In this document: positions 22,874-31,942 of the stretch, in pieces
How positions within the stretch are numbered: the stretch's first letter is position 1
Layout: each line of letters starts with the position of its first letter
Assembly: GCA_044426425.1 (NCBI GenBank)
Contig: JAWXUN010000001.1
Span: 1-36,416, forward strand
Direction: 5' to 3'
DNA: 36,416 nucleotides
From: Clostridia bacterium
Lineage (GTDB): Bacteria > Bacillota > Clostridia > Oscillospirales > Acutalibacteraceae
Notes under the pieces: generated by a model
What the model was told of the DNA's origin: nothing
The model's database searches: none
What the model saw: the letters and a program-made list of their open reading frames with translations, nothing else
Translations under genes and position numbers: made by a program

Positions 22874-23846
22874 TATATTGATAGTTTGTTTTCTTTTTAC
22901 AATTTGAAACTATTGCTTTTGGCATAGTATCTTTTGATTTTAAATTTTGCAAATCTTCGTTAAAATCTTTTGATTTTGGTGATTTTCTAATAACCTCATA
23001 ACCTTTTTCGGTGAAGTTTTCTTTAATTTTTTGACTATGTATAGTACCTCTTTCGTCTGAGTCAAGGCACACAACTATTGTTTTAATATTTTCATTTTTA
23101 GCTAAAAACTCTTCTAAAGGTGCTTGAGAAACTCCACCTAGTGACACTCTTGAGTCTTTTTTGTAATCTAAATCATACATTTGTGCTAGTGTTGCATGAG
23201 ATAAGGCATCAATTGCACTTTCAAAAACATATACCTTATCAGAATTTCCAACAATCTTAAAAGCATGATGTTTGTCCGAGCCTGTGCAATCAAGCTTAAA
23301 CTTACTTGTTTGTGATGTGCTCCGTAAAGACGCATATTTTGCTTGGTGTTTCTCGTCATATCCTACAAAGACAGCATTTCCATAATCATCTTGATAAATA
23401 TATTTTGCATCAAGCATATCTTTGACTATCTCTTTAGAAATTCCACGAGTTTGTGTTAAATATGCATAGACACGATTGTTTTTCTCACTTGCCTTTGGCA
23501 GTTGTAAGCATTGTGGTTTTAGTTGTACTTTAATTTCTTTTTTTGTAATTACTTGTTGAGGTGTTTTTTCGCCTATTAGTGTTTCTATCGCCTGTGAGAA
23601 GTCTTGATTTTCTGTTTTCATGAGAAAATCAATTGAGCCATAACCGCCGACATCTCGGCTGTGCCAGTACCATGTTTTGCAATCTCCCTTAATAGTAAGG
23701 CTCTGGTGTTGTTTACACCTGTATGATTTACCTAAAACGGCAAAGTCTAAGCTAAGATAAGATTTTAAAAAACTTAATAAATCAACATTTCTAGCTTGTA
23801 AAACTTCGTCTTTAGTAAATGATTTTGTGTTTGTGGATACTCTCAT
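22860..23846 (-). CDS. DUF3991 + Toprim domain protein (primase-like)
   Basis: N-terminus ...ARNVDLLSFLKSY...YRCKQHQSLTI....WYWHS...GGSIDFLM, and a C-terminal Toprim-like segment VYVFESAIDALS...IVVCLDSDERG. Confidence 0.8.
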   Translation of the reverse strand: MRVSTNTKSFTKDEVLQARNVDLLSFLKSYLSLDFAVLGKSYRCKQHQSLTIKGDCKTWYWHSRDVGGYGSIDFLMKTENQDFSQAIETLIGEKTPQQVITKKEIKVQLKPQCLQLPKASEKNNRVYAYLTQTRGISKEIVKDMLDAKYIYQDDYGNAVFVGYDEKHQAKYASLRSTSQTSKFKLDCTGSDKHHAFKIVGNSDKVYVFESAIDALSHATLAQMYDLDYKKDSRVSLGGVSQAPLEEFLAKNENIKTIVVCLDSDERGTIHSQKIKENFTEKGYEVIRKSPKSKDFNEDLQNLKSKDTMPKAIVSNCKKKTNYQYNDAR

Positions 23847-23869
23847 TTTTGTGTATTATCCTCCTTAAT

Positions 23870-23906
23870 AGAAAAAACTTTGGTCAGTTATTTATGAACC
23901 AAAGTT
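23870..23906 (-). terminator. Rho-independent terminator after the HipA-like kinase gene
   Basis: Perfect 9-bp stem aactttggt (23876-23884) / accaaagtt (23898-23906). On the minus strand it is followed by TTTTTTC. Confidence 0.7.
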
Positions 23907-23973
23907 TAAATTTCTTTTTTATAAACAAAAAAGTCCTACAAAATTAATTGCAGGATTTTTACTGTTATTTTTT

Positions 23974-24939
23974 TTATCTCTCGTCATAACTGTAATTATG
24001 ACGTTTATTTTTATCTTTTTCTCTTTCTAAAGCAGGTTGTAATATAAGTTTATATCTCGACTCAATGCCTTTTTTCATAAATTCTTTTGCTATATCTGAT
24101 GTGACTTTAAGTTCATTATATTCATTAGGTAATTCATCTATAATAGAATAAATTTTATTAATATCTATCATCGGAACTATTTTCTTAATGGCTTTGTTTA
24201 ACTCGGGGATATCTTGAGTTTTGAAAAATTCATAAGGTATAATTAAATCACCATTTTCATCTTTAAAAACAGAAGCAATTTTCTTGCATTGCAATTCATC
24301 TAATTTATCAATTCTATTTAACATCTCTTTGTCTGAAAATTTATTATTAAAGCTATTACCATTATCAAAAACTGGTGCTAGTCTAACATCGCCATTGACA
24401 AGAAGTCCCCAGTTTCCATTGTTTCGGTCATTGTTATATAAAAGTGTATCTATTATAAACATTGTCCAAAAATGTTCTAAAACTTTATCAACTCCCACTT
24501 GTTTAACCAAGTGATTATTTTTGATATCTATTAATATTTCTTTTAAACTTACATCACCACTGTTAGAATAACTCTCCATAGCATTTACATGATATAAATT
24601 TTTGATGTTAGAAAAAACATTTAACCTTGCTTTTTGTTCTAATTTCTCAAACTCAATATCTTTACAAATGACTACCAGTTTATTATTATACACTCCTAGT
24701 TTCGTGTCATGTACTGGAACACCTATACTTCTATAAATTTGAGAACCTATAAACTCGGATAGAGGTGATGTTGTATATGATATTTTAATGTTACGTAACC
24801 CAAAGGTATTCTTAGGAAATTTTAGCATATAATATTCATTCTCAAATATAATTCCAAGTTTTAAACCTGCATTACCACCATAGCTTAAATTTGATAATTT
24901 ACAATTATCAAGATTATATATCTTAGTCATCATCTTCAC
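23974..24939 (-). CDS. HipA-like Ser/Thr kinase (short, about 320 aa)
   Basis: Gly-rich loop YGGNAGLK, then YMLKFP, catalytic LLYNNDRNNGNWGLL and Mg-binding LAPVFDNGNSF. Start is ambiguous (GTG 24939, ATG 24933 or ATG 24930); every option overlaps the upstream gene end. Confidence 0.8.
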   Translation of the reverse strand: MKMMTKIYNLDNCKLSNLSYGGNAGLKLGIIFENEYYMLKFPKNTFGLRNIKISYTTSPLSEFIGSQIYRSIGVPVHDTKLGVYNNKLVVICKDIEFEKLEQKARLNVFSNIKNLYHVNAMESYSNSGDVSLKEILIDIKNNHLVKQVGVDKVLEHFWTMFIIDTLLYNNDRNNGNWGLLVNGDVRLAPVFDNGNSFNNKFSDKEMLNRIDKLDELQCKKIASVFKDENGDLIIPYEFFKTQDIPELNKAIKKIVPMIDINKIYSIIDELPNEYNELKVTSDIAKEFMKKGIESRYKLILQPALEREKDKNKRHNYSYDER

Positions 24940-25201
24940 GATATGTCACACTCCCGTAAATTTCAAAAAAATAGTCCATTTCTCTCTCTGATATATTGCC
25001 ATTACATATTTCTATTTTTAAAAGAGGTTCTAAAGCTATAACTGCATCTAAAAAATAAATATCACCATCTTTTGTGTCTTTTAAATATAATTTTAGAATT
25101 TCATCTAATTTTTTAGGAAAGTGAACATATTTAACTTTTTTGATTATTTTATTTAATTTTTCGTTACCACACAAATCTTTAATACAACGCATTTTATTCA
25201 C
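24923..25201 (-). CDS. Hypothetical 92-aa protein translationally coupled to the HipA-like kinase (candidate antitoxin/partner)
   Basis: GTG 25201 or ATG 25192. No HTH is recognisable. TAA 24923-24925 overlaps the kinase start codons. Confidence 0.55.
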   Translation of the reverse strand: MNKMRCIKDLCGNEKLNKIIKKVKYVHFPKKLDEILKLYLKDTKDGDIYFLDAVIALEPLLKIEICNGNISEREMDYFFEIYGSVTYREDDD

Positions 25202-25222
25202 TCACTTTCTTTTATTATAATA

Positions 25223-25251
25223 ATAGTATCATAATGCAAAAAATAAGTCAA
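25223..25251 (-). promoter_or_regulatory. Promoter of the 92-aa / HipA-like kinase module
   Basis: Minus strand: TTGACT (25251-25246), 17-nt spacer, TACTAT (25228-25223), with an extended -10 TGa. Confidence 0.6.
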
Positions 25252-25274
25252 CCATAACACAAACAAGAAATATT

Positions 25275-27326
25275 TTACTTGAAAAATTCAAGTTTAAAAT
25301 TAACATATTTCTCACCAGTATCATCTAGCAATACTGTGCAATTGTATTTTTTGCCTGTTTTTGCGGAATAGCAATATTTTAGTTCTGCTTTTCCTGTGCT
25401 CAAAAGTTCTGATACCAGTTCATTTGTAACTGCTTTTTTCTTAGCGGTAAAAAATTTGTTATCTTTCCAAATTGCAAAACTGCAATTTTTTGAAGAACAA
25501 CAAAAACCTTTTGCATTTTCTGCAACTTCTGAACCACATCTTGGGCACGTTCCGACACTATCCTGTGTACTTTTTTTAGGAAATAATACATCAGCACCTT
25601 GTGGTACTTGATACGTTTTTACTAAATTGCTTGTTGTTTCAGAAATTTCCTCTAAAAACTCATTTGCGGATAATGTGCCGTTCTCAATTTTCTTTAGTTT
25701 TTCTTCCCATTCCGCAGTGAGATAAGGGGACACCAAATCTTGCGGTAGAACTGTCACAAGGGAAATTCCTTTTTCTGTTGGAACAAAATATTTAGTTTTT
25801 TTCTCGCCCCTGCGTTCTGCAAAGCCTATTTTAACAATTTTTTCTATAATGCTTGCACGAGTCGCAGGAGTTCCGATGCCTTTCATATCTGCATCAACCT
25901 CGGCATTGTTAGCGTTTTCCATAGCTGATAGAAGTGTATCATCAGTAAAGTTTTTTGGCGGTGAAGTTTTGCCATTTTTTATAAAAGATTTAGCTTTGAA
26001 ATATTCACCCTCGGTAATTTGTGGTAAGGATTTTTCCTTTGTTTCTTCATTTTTAGATATCTTTTCAATATTCTTAAATCCATTTTTAATGACAGTTTTT
26101 CCGCTTGCCGTAAATTCATAATCACCGCATTTTGCGGTCACGATTGTTTCAGAATAAATATGATTTTCGTTTGTTGCTACTGCAAGTCGCCTTGTAATTA
26201 ATTTTAGAATTTCACGCTCACCATATATTGTTGCGTTATAATCAAAATTTTTAATTTTGATTGTTGGAATAATAGCATGATGGTCTGACACTTTGTTATT
26301 GTCAATAACTTGCTCTATATTTACAGTAAAATCGTCCTTATCTACATAGAAATTCAAGCATTCATCAATAATATTAGGTACGGAATTTCTCATATCAGTT
26401 GTTAAGTACCTGCTATCAGTACGAGGATAAGTTACTAATTTTTGCTCGTACAAACTTTGAGTGTACTGCAAGGTCTGTTCAGCGGTAAAGCCTAAATGTT
26501 TGTTAGCTTCACGTTGTAAAGTTGTTAAATCGTAGAGTTTAGGCGGTTTTTCTGTTTTTTCTTTGCACTCAACTTTTGTAATAACAACATCATTGCCATT
26601 ACAAAAATTAGCTATTTTTTCGGCTTCTGTTTTATATTTTAACCTGTTAGATGTAACAACAAAATCACCAAGGTCAAGAACCACATTATAAAACGGCTCT
26701 GATGTAAAAGCTTCGATACTTGCGTTTCGCTCAACAATCATTGCAAGAGTAGGGGAGAGAACTCGCCCTATATTTAGAGTCTGTCCGTATAATACGGTAA
26801 ATAACCTTGTGGCATTCATGCCAACAATCCAATCAGCTTGAGAGCGACACAAAGCAGCTTGATATAGATTATCAAAATTTTTGCCGTCATGTAAATTAGA
26901 AAAACCATTACTAATTGCTTCATCTTCAAGAGAAGATATCCATAGTCTTTTTACTGGCTTGATACAACCAATTTTGTTATATACAAGACGAAAAATTAAC
27001 TCACCCTCTCGCCCTGCATCAGTGGCACAAACTATTGTATCTACATCAACTTTGTTCATTAGTGTAGATATAATTCTCATTTGTTTTTCTTTGCCTTTAG
27101 ATATATTGTATTTCCAATTGGTAGGCAAAATAGGCAAATCGTTGTAGTTCCACTTTTCATATTTTTTATCATAATATTCAGCTGTTGCAAGTTCTACAAG
27201 ATGTCCGACACACCAAGAAACATAATAACCACTGCCCTCATAGTAGCCGTCTTTTTTGTTACTTGCTTTTAGAACTTTAGCAATTGCAATACCAACGGAG
27301 GGTTTTTCTGCTAATACTAATTTCAT
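25275..27326 (-). CDS. topB: DNA topoisomerase III (type IA)
   Basis: Toprim N-terminus MKLVLAEKPSVG and DAGREGELI, active-site Tyr block VTYPRTDSRYL, and a C-terminal zinc ribbon CPRCGSEV...CSSKNCSFAIW. Confidence 0.92.
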   Translation of the reverse strand: MKLVLAEKPSVGIAIAKVLKASNKKDGYYEGSGYYVSWCVGHLVELATAEYYDKKYEKWNYNDLPILPTNWKYNISKGKEKQMRIISTLMNKVDVDTIVCATDAGREGELIFRLVYNKIGCIKPVKRLWISSLEDEAISNGFSNLHDGKNFDNLYQAALCRSQADWIVGMNATRLFTVLYGQTLNIGRVLSPTLAMIVERNASIEAFTSEPFYNVVLDLGDFVVTSNRLKYKTEAEKIANFCNGNDVVITKVECKEKTEKPPKLYDLTTLQREANKHLGFTAEQTLQYTQSLYEQKLVTYPRTDSRYLTTDMRNSVPNIIDECLNFYVDKDDFTVNIEQVIDNNKVSDHHAIIPTIKIKNFDYNATIYGEREILKLITRRLAVATNENHIYSETIVTAKCGDYEFTASGKTVIKNGFKNIEKISKNEETKEKSLPQITEGEYFKAKSFIKNGKTSPPKNFTDDTLLSAMENANNAEVDADMKGIGTPATRASIIEKIVKIGFAERRGEKKTKYFVPTEKGISLVTVLPQDLVSPYLTAEWEEKLKKIENGTLSANEFLEEISETTSNLVKTYQVPQGADVLFPKKSTQDSVGTCPRCGSEVAENAKGFCCSSKNCSFAIWKDNKFFTAKKKAVTNELVSELLSTGKAELKYCYSAKTGKKYNCTVLLDDTGEKYVNFKLEFFK

Positions 27327-27329
27327 TTT

Positions 27330-27923
27330 TTACCTCCAGAAAACTAGCAATATTAATGTTAGAAAATTAATAACTTGGCTCGTCCAGAAGAAAAAAGTTT
27401 TAGTACCATCAAATCTGAAAAATTTTTCTTTTTGTCTAGTGAAGTTAGAAACGTGACTTTCAAACATCTTATTGATTGTCTTTACTTTGTCTACAACTTT
27501 TAGCATTTCTTGTTTTGCTTCAACAATATTAATTTCAACTCTTTTCATACTTTCGGTTAATGATTTATCAACAATTTCTTTACAGCCTTTTTGAATGTTA
27601 TCTTGAATAGTAGCCATTTCTGAACCAACAGAATTAGCGATTTTTTGGTTAGCTGCTTCTATCTCTGACACACTTTTACGGATTTCTTTGTTATTTTGGT
27701 CAAATTGAATGTTGAATTGTTTTAGCAAATTAGTTGTTATATTATTTGTATTCTCAATCCAGTCCCTAGTATTACGCATAAAATCATTGTGCTCTTGTTG
27801 TTGCATTATGAATAATTCTGTTTGCTTTTTGATAGTTTCTTTGAGCAAACTATTTTCAAGCTGAATTGCGTTATAACGATTGATTTTTTCTTCTCGTTCT
27901 TCTTTTGTATTTTTATTAATCAC
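27330..27923 (-). CDS. Coiled-coil protein with C-terminal transmembrane anchor (about 197 aa)
   Basis: Start set at GTG 27923 with AAAGGAG (27930-27936) 6 nt upstream. The ORF-track TTG 27944 lies inside the upstream terminator T-run. The C-terminus FFFWTSQVINFLTLILLVFW is hydrophobic. Confidence 0.6.
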   Translation of the reverse strand: MINKNTKEEREEKINRYNAIQLENSLLKETIKKQTELFIMQQQEHNDFMRNTRDWIENTNNITTNLLKQFNIQFDQNNKEIRKSVSEIEAANQKIANSVGSEMATIQDNIQKGCKEIVDKSLTESMKRVEINIVEAKQEMLKVVDKVKTINKMFESHVSNFTRQKEKFFRFDGTKTFFFWTSQVINFLTLILLVFWR

Positions 27924-27942
27924 TAAAAACTCCTTTCTATAC

Positions 27943-27978
27943 AAAAAAGGGCACTAGTTACAGTTAACTAGTGCCCTT
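27943..27978 (-). terminator. Strong Rho-independent terminator after the DUF4366 gene
   Basis: Perfect 14-bp stem aagggcactagtta (27947-27960) / taactagtgccctt (27965-27978) with a 4-nt loop, followed on the minus strand by TTTTGT. Confidence 0.85.
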
Positions 27979-27990
27979 TGATTATAATTG

Positions 27991-28572
27991 TTAATTTTCG
28001 TCCTCATCATGGTTTACTGGTGGTTCACCTACATAGTTTTCGTCCTCGTCATTCTCGTTAGATTTATATTTGTTTTGCTTGAAAACAAAGAAATAATAAA
28101 GGACACCTAAAACTGCAAGACCTACACCACAAAATACAATATTCATAACACTAATATCGGTGTTTGTTGTAGTTTGTGACGGTGTGCTTGGTTCTGGAGT
28201 TGGTTCGGAAGTTTCGTCTTTTTCGTCACTATTTTCCATTAAAGGCTCATTTTCCTCTGTTTCGCTTAAATCTAAAGGCACATTTTCACCGCTAGTAATA
28301 GCAACAAGGTCGGCTTCGTCAACCATATTTAAAAAATATACATTTTCTGTATCTTTTGTCTTGTCTATAACAATATAGTAATAGTTGCCGTCTTTTGTTT
28401 GTGCAATAATAAACTGTTTTTCTTCATCATCGGTAACTGTCACATCGTCAACTATTGTCATGTTTCCATCGGGAATTAGTGTATCATCATCGTCAACAGG
28501 GTCAGCAAAAACAGCTATCGGCAAGATGAAAATAAAAGCTATTACTAATAGCTTTGAAAATAATTTTTTCAT
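27991..28572 (-). CDS. DUF4366-family secreted/membrane-anchored conjugation protein
   Basis: Signal peptide MKKLFSKLLVIAFIFILPIAVFA. GNMTIVDDV...KQFIIAQTKDGNYYYIVIDK...NVYFLNMVDEADLVAI matches the DUF4366 pattern. A C-terminal TM segment is present. ATG overlaps the upstream TGA (ATGA). Confidence 0.8.
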   Translation of the reverse strand: MKKLFSKLLVIAFIFILPIAVFADPVDDDDTLIPDGNMTIVDDVTVTDDEEKQFIIAQTKDGNYYYIVIDKTKDTENVYFLNMVDEADLVAITSGENVPLDLSETEENEPLMENSDEKDETSEPTPEPSTPSQTTTNTDISVMNIVFCGVGLAVLGVLYYFFVFKQNKYKSNENDEDENYVGEPPVNHDEDEN

Positions 28573-29237
28573 TGTTGAATTTCTCCTTTTTGCAGTAAAT
28601 ACTTAATTTTTCCAATCTCGAATAATAAACCTAGTCTAAAATCTTCTAATCTATATATTTCTTTTCTACTATTGATATCAAAACATTTATCAGTATAAAA
28701 ATAAAATTTTTCGTATAAAATAGTAGTGTCTATTACATCTGCTAAAATTTTACCTTTCTTGTGTATTATTCCAGCTGATGAAGAATGCATACCATTTGAT
28801 ATATAAGCAAAATCTAAGTGAGTATAATAACAGGCTACATGATTATTTTCATCATATTTGAAAGGATTTTTTTTGATATAAATTAATTTGTCATACAACT
28901 TAACTTGCTCATAAGGGCGAACAAATACAATATCATCTTCTAAATCAATTGTTTTCTTCTCGTCTGTATAAGCACCAGTATTTATATAAATACCATTCAT
29001 AGGTTGCTTGTGGTCACGATAAAGAACTTTATTTAGTAAACTTGCTTGTATTTCTATCTTTATCATTCGCATAACTGAGTCAATGAAAATTAACTTATCA
29101 TCAAAATTATCAGTGGTATCTAAATATTTTTTTACAAATCTTATACAGTTTTCAAAATCCTCTTGTTGCAGAAGTTCTAAATCATATATTCTTAATTTTT
29201 CAATTTTATCCGTTAAAAATTTTTTCTTAAAAAACAT
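28569..29237 (-). CDS. Uncharacterised 222-aa protein, paralogue of 21825-22481 (cassette A, large gene)
   Basis: See paralogue. AAGGTG SD lies in the last codons of the upstream small gene, with a 3-nt gap. Confidence 0.75.
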   Translation of the reverse strand: MFFKKKFLTDKIEKLRIYDLELLQQEDFENCIRFVKKYLDTTDNFDDKLIFIDSVMRMIKIEIQASLLNKVLYRDHKQPMNGIYINTGAYTDEKKTIDLEDDIVFVRPYEQVKLYDKLIYIKKNPFKYDENNHVACYYTHLDFAYISNGMHSSSAGIIHKKGKILADVIDTTILYEKFYFYTDKCFDINSRKEIYRLEDFRLGLLFEIGKIKYLLQKGEIQQ

Positions 29238-29240
29238 AAA

Positions 29241-29582
29241 TCACCTTAAATATTTTTTTAGTAAAAACATCAAATTATGATACAGTCCTATATCTAAATA
29301 GAAATTTTCAATTGAAACAACTGAAATTAGTTCATATATTGCAAGAACATAATTGCTTTCTTTCAAACAATTTTCAAAATTATGTAATATTAGAATATAC
29401 CAAAATGAATGAAGTTGTAAAAAACCACTAACTATTTTTGGATTTTCAATTTTTACATTCAGTAAAATGTTATACATTTTTAACAAGTCTTGCTTTGCAT
29501 CATTATTGTGTTTTGATTGACAATTATAATAATATGCTTGTTCTCTTAGATTTTCAAGTGTTATTTTATACAAATTATGCAT
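29241..29582 (-). CDS. Uncharacterised 113-aa protein (cassette A, small gene)
   Basis: ATG 29582 with AAGGTG 6 nt upstream. Helical-looking, with no recognised family. Confidence 0.6.
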   Translation of the reverse strand: MHNLYKITLENLREQAYYYNCQSKHNNDAKQDLLKMYNILLNVKIENPKIVSGFLQLHSFWYILILHNFENCLKESNYVLAIYELISVVSIENFYLDIGLYHNLMFLLKKYLR

Positions 29583-29604
29583 TTTTTCACCTTTTATAAA
29601 AAAA

Positions 29605-29823
29605 TTAAAAGTTTTCGTTTTCAGTTTTTGGTTTGTAATTGCGGATATAATTTGTTAATTCGTCAAAATCATCAAACTTAATACTTTTGATGATTTCTAA
29701 AAGTTCAGATTGTTCTATTTCTTTTTTTTCATCAATAAGATTATTGTTTTTTTCGTGCAAAGTATCAATTTTTTCTTGATTTTTTTGTATTTCGTTTATT
29801 ATTTTTTTAATTTTTGGGTTCAT
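29605..29823 (-). CDS. DUF4315-like small coiled-coil protein
   Basis: 72 aa. MNPKIKKIINEIQKNQEKIDTLHEKNNNL...EIIKSIKFD resembles the DUF4315 proteins that follow the hydrolase gene in this ICE type. Confidence 0.6.
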   Translation of the reverse strand: MNPKIKKIINEIQKNQEKIDTLHEKNNNLIDEKKEIEQSELLEIIKSIKFDDFDELTNYIRNYKPKTENENF

Positions 29824-29833
29824 TGGTTTCTCC

Positions 29834-31942
29834 TTAATTCATTAAGCCATAGCCTAATATATAGTTGCTGTCTAGCGGATAATCTCTAACACAACAAGCA
29901 TCGCTAGAATTTCCCTCAACCGTATAAACTCGACTTCCGTCTGTTCCTATAACTATTCCAACATGGTTTGGGTCACCGTTGTTATCCCAATCAAAGAAAA
30001 TTACATCACCTGCGGTTATATCTTCGTAGCCACGCTCTGCCCATCGTCCACTGTTTACAAAATAAGGTCGCCCTTGCGATGTACACCCTGCAAATTTAGG
30101 CTCGCTATAACCTGCTTGATTTAATGTCCAAGAAACAAAGCAAGCACACCATTCAACTCGATAATCAAAACCATACCAAGACCAGTAAGGCTGTCCGCCA
30201 ACATTGCCAACTTGTGAAAGTGCAATGTCAACAATATCTTGATTTCCAAGTCTTTCACCGTTAACAAAAACTACTCCACTAATATCAGTTGATGGGTTAC
30301 CATTGTATACACCACCACCAAAAAGCATAGGATTTCCACCGAATGTTTCTCTATAAGTGTTGTAAACATCTAGTTGTTCATTATTAAGCAAATCGTTAGC
30401 AACCGAATATACACCATGATTTACAAGTGTTACATTTACAATTTTGTATTCATATTCAACTTCGACTTCTACGCTCTCGGTTATTATTTCTCCATCTTCG
30501 TCAAGCATAACATTTCCATCTTCGTCAAGCAACTCAATTTCTTCTATTTCAGTTCTTGTTTTGATTTCTATTACTTCGTCAATTGTAAGAGTATATTGAT
30601 GTTGTAAAATGTTATCTAGTTCATCTTCAATATCATTATCATCTGAGGTATAAACACCAAATAAAGCAGATAAATAAGCGGTTAACTCGTGAGGGTCATG
30701 AGCAATATTATCTAAATTATAGTTATATTCATCATAGTCCTCATAATCATCTTCTATGTTATCTATTTGATTTTGTATGCTGTCCTCAACAACTGTGTAA
30801 CTGTCATTTACTGCTATCATATCAGCTTCTTCGGACGGATATGATGCATAAACTGTGCTACTACCGCCAGTGAATATTAAACTACATGAAGAAAAAAACA
30901 ATATAAACAATAGAGGTACGGCAAACATTCCTGCAAATAACAGTATATTTTTTGAATTAGTAACAAATTTTAAAAAACCTTTAGAAAAATTAATAGCACT
31001 TGTCTTGATACGAGCAACAGCATGAGATGCTGTTCTCGCTACTTTTTCTTCTCTCGAACGTTGCTTATAGATTTTATTTATTTTTGCTTTTTGTTGTGTT
31101 TTTGTTCTTTTGCTTTTGTATTTTTCGTATTTATCTATGCTTTTTTTATGTTTTAAACCGCTTTTTTGAGTTTTTTTCTCAAATTTTTGCATTTTATTGT
31201 TAAGTTTGTTTATTTTATTTTTTTCGTGGTTTAATTTCTTTTTTGTTCGCTCAAAAACAAATGAACGTGCTGAGGATACAACATCATCAGCACTGCTATC
31301 AGAAATTGTAGCATCAGCATTGCTATCAGATTTTTGAAAAAAATTTTTGTCAACAAAATCAATAGAATTAGAACCACCTTGTTTAATTGTAGTTTTAACC
31401 TTTTTTTGTTTGATTAATTTTGTTGCTGATATAGCATTTTTTACAGTAACACTCTCAATTTTTTTCACTTGATATTTATGCGGTGTTTTGCTAAATTTGC
31501 CAAGACTAAGCTTAACTAAATTTACTGTGCTTCGTCCGCCAAATCTTAAGACTTTGCTTGTTGTTCGTAACCCAAACTTAGCTGTTTTTCCGCTAAGTTT
31601 TACAGATTTTGAGCCAACTTCTGAAAAAACTTTTTTTGCTGAACTGCTTGAAATATTTTTGTTAATTTCTTGATTATCAGCACTAAAAACCTGTGATTTT
31701 ACAGATGAATAGGTGTTTTTTGAAACTTTTTTTAGAGTATTTCCAGTTTTTTTATTCTTTTTAAAATTTTGTGTAGAAATTGCATTGTTTGCTCGTAATT
31801 CGTCAAAATTCTTAACACGATATTTTTTAGGTATTTTGTCAATTTTCTTTTCAAAATTTTTGCTTTTTTTCTCAAACTTTATTTTTGACTTATCAACTTT
31901 GTGCTCAAGCTTGGATAGCTTTTTTTCACTATCAAACATCAT
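29834..31942 (-). CDS. T4SS cell-wall hydrolase with C-terminal CHAP/NlpC-P60 domain
   Basis: Catalytic Cys block WCACFVSWTLNQAGY and His block GDPNHVGIVIG...YTVEGNSS. Also has a K/S-rich N-terminal region and one TM segment. Start set at ATG 31942 (AAGGT 4 nt upstream); the ORF-track start 31969 is TTG. Confidence 0.85.
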   Translation of the reverse strand: MMFDSEKKLSKLEHKVDKSKIKFEKKSKNFEKKIDKIPKKYRVKNFDELRANNAISTQNFKKNKKTGNTLKKVSKNTYSSVKSQVFSADNQEINKNISSSSAKKVFSEVGSKSVKLSGKTAKFGLRTTSKVLRFGGRSTVNLVKLSLGKFSKTPHKYQVKKIESVTVKNAISATKLIKQKKVKTTIKQGGSNSIDFVDKNFFQKSDSNADATISDSSADDVVSSARSFVFERTKKKLNHEKNKINKLNNKMQKFEKKTQKSGLKHKKSIDKYEKYKSKRTKTQQKAKINKIYKQRSREEKVARTASHAVARIKTSAINFSKGFLKFVTNSKNILLFAGMFAVPLLFILFFSSCSLIFTGGSSTVYASYPSEEADMIAVNDSYTVVEDSIQNQIDNIEDDYEDYDEYNYNLDNIAHDPHELTAYLSALFGVYTSDDNDIEDELDNILQHQYTLTIDEVIEIKTRTEIEEIELLDEDGNVMLDEDGEIITESVEVEVEYEYKIVNVTLVNHGVYSVANDLLNNEQLDVYNTYRETFGGNPMLFGGGVYNGNPSTDISGVVFVNGERLGNQDIVDIALSQVGNVGGQPYWSWYGFDYRVEWCACFVSWTLNQAGYSEPKFAGCTSQGRPYFVNSGRWAERGYEDITAGDVIFFDWDNNGDPNHVGIVIGTDGSRVYTVEGNSSDACCVRDYPLDSNYILGYGLMN

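Noticed and set aside
30491-30531. 17-nt direct repeat tccatcttcgtcaagca (30491-30507 and 30515-30531) in the hydrolase gene.
   Set aside because: It simply encodes the tandem peptide LDEDGN/LDEDGE in an acidic linker. It is an in-frame coding repeat, not a regulatory or CRISPR-like feature.
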